A stretch of DNA of 64,000 bases from the human T2T-CHM13v2.0 reference genome, Homo sapiens: the NCBI RefSeq assembly GCF_009914755.1, contig NC_060927.1; one strand, written 5' to 3'. Position 1 is the stretch's first letter, and the number at the start of each line of letters is the position of its first letter. Below the pieces are notes generated by a model. That model ran no database searches, was not told the origin of the DNA, and was given only the letters and a program-made list of their open reading frames with translations. Below are positions 61,991 to 64,000 of the stretch, in pieces. The translations under genes were made by a program, and so were the position numbers.

Positions 61991-64000
61991 TAATTCTAGC
62001 TGTTCTGAAGACCAAAACTGGTCAATACTTGTCCTCAGTTTCTCTGAAAACTGAATCATGCATCATGAGAATTCCCTTCTCTAGTAGGAGAGCTCTTCAA
62101 AGCAATCATTTTCTTTATTAGCAAGTGTGGGTGTCTTCATAAACTTCTGGATTTGTTTCCAGGGTCTGGTTAACAAAGGATAGGATCTCATATGGCACTC
62201 ATAGCAAATCTGAAATAGGTGGGGCTGACACTATCTGTTGTTTCTATTTTGCAGATACTCATGAAACTGAGGCTCAGAGAGTGTGCATGACTTACGCAAG
62301 CTCACACAGCTAAGTAACAATTATACTTGGATGAGATCTGGGTGTTCTGTTGTCCAGTCCAATATCACGTTGTACATTAAGACTTGAGTCATGCCAGTAT
62401 CCCTATGATCATAGTCACACTTTTATCATCTAACCTCGAATCCTTAAACCTTAATATTCATTTCTCTTAGAAAAATAAAACATGGTAGAACTCAACTTCT
62501 GTACTGAATACAATCTGACACCACTCTGAATAGAGAAGCTCCAGGAAGCCATTCTGGTGGGTGGCGAAAGGTCACAGGAGGTGCAGTGTTTGAAAAAGCA
62601 ATACAGATTTCAACAATCAGGTTATTAAGCAAAAATTCTTAGATAAGCTTTCTAATCCTATCAAGGGCTTACTCCTATTCCCCACTCAGCTGGCAAAGTT
62701 CAATTACATTGTAGGTCAAAATTAACACTGCAGGGGAAAGATTTTATTGTTTTGCTCTCATTCAGGCTAAGTATTTGACTCCTTGTGGATAGTAAGCATC
62801 AGTGTTTCAAAAGTGTGTGTGTGTAAGAGAGAGAGAGATGGAGAGAGAGAGAATATCTGTACTGTTTTCAAGTCCTGGCTATTATATAGTAAATTTTAAA
62901 TGTCTTAAACTTGGTTAATCACTCTGATTGATATTTTGTGTTCCAGTTGTCAAAAAGAAAGAAAGAAAAAACAAAAACAAAGAAAAGGGGAGCAAAAATG
63001 GAAATATTTGAAAAAAGAGGGGCATATGAACATAGATACATGTATTATCTTTACAATGTTTATAGTATAGTTAATAAAGGAATTTTACCCACCTACATTG
63101 CTAATTTATTCCTGAACACTACTCCATGTACAAAGTAGGCAGGGTAAGTACACATATCAGCATTTTTTTAAAGATAAACAGAAACGCAGAATCAGATCTA
63201 GAGTCCTGTTTGGGAGCCTCTAGTTCATGTCATTTTTGCATGAATATTAGCCTTCCCTTACATAGTGTTCGCCAGTATAAGACGCCATTAAAAATGCTTT
63301 ATGTTGACTCACGTAATATATAGCTGTACCTACTCTGATTCAAAACACAACTGAACTTTATCAGTTTTATACAAACCATGTATTTAGTTTTATACAAACT
63401 GAAATAATCCATGGTAGGGAAGGAGTGTTAATTTAGGGGGAAAAAAGTGAACCATTGGCTATGGCTATATAAATAATACAATTTTCAATGGTTGTGCTGA
63501 ATTTGCACAACACTGAACACTTTTAAAAAAACTTTCTCACATGCAGTACCTTTCATTCTCACTGGAGTCCCATGAGGTGTCACTTTCCCCATTAGACATG
63601 GGGTAGCAGGAGCTGAGGCTCTGTGTTCTGGAACTAAGTCAAATTAGTGACGCATGCCCAGTTCTGCAGGTGGGTGGCAGATCTTGTGGGTGGTAGATGT
63701 TGGGGAAAATGGGAAAAGTAAGGACTGGAAAGTGGAGTGGCATGGAGAGGGAACCCTAGTGGGGCAGAAGGCTCAGATGACAAAGTCCTTTGAAGTGAGG
63801 TGAAGACTTGTCTGAGTAGTGGTGGGATTCATCCTTTTGCTTTGTGCTTTAGCCTTTAATGACATCCATCTCCCTCATCTTCCAGATTTATGCTCTTTCA
63901 TTATGAACCCATTATGTGCTCAAGAGACTGTGCACTGCAGATATTCTCCTCGCAGAGCCCTTGTAATTCTGCCTGCACCCATGTTCAGAATCCAATTGAG

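Overview
Repeat-dense primate (human or great-ape-like) intronic/intergenic DNA. I recognise no host protein-coding exon. Positions ~10.6-35.9 kb are an ancient L1M element inflated by nested insertions: a full-length L1PA2-like element (+, 13561-19613), an older L1PA15/16-like element (-) carrying a U13 snoRNA retrocopy and an MSTA LTR with an Alu, an L1PA7/8-like fragment, and a 5'-truncated L1PA2-like element (-, 25824-30252). Main observation: the two L1PA2-like copies form a ~4.4-kb-arm inverted repeat. Each has its own TSD and an open 1275-aa ORF2, yet they share many non-consensus substitutions, including H230L at an endonuclease catalytic residue. This suggests gene conversion between the arms. 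The window also has several templated-insertion scars and an L1 insertion with a target-site deletion. Subfamily names and consensus comparisons are from memory and need RepeatMasker/Dfam confirmation; coordinates of old repeats are approximate.
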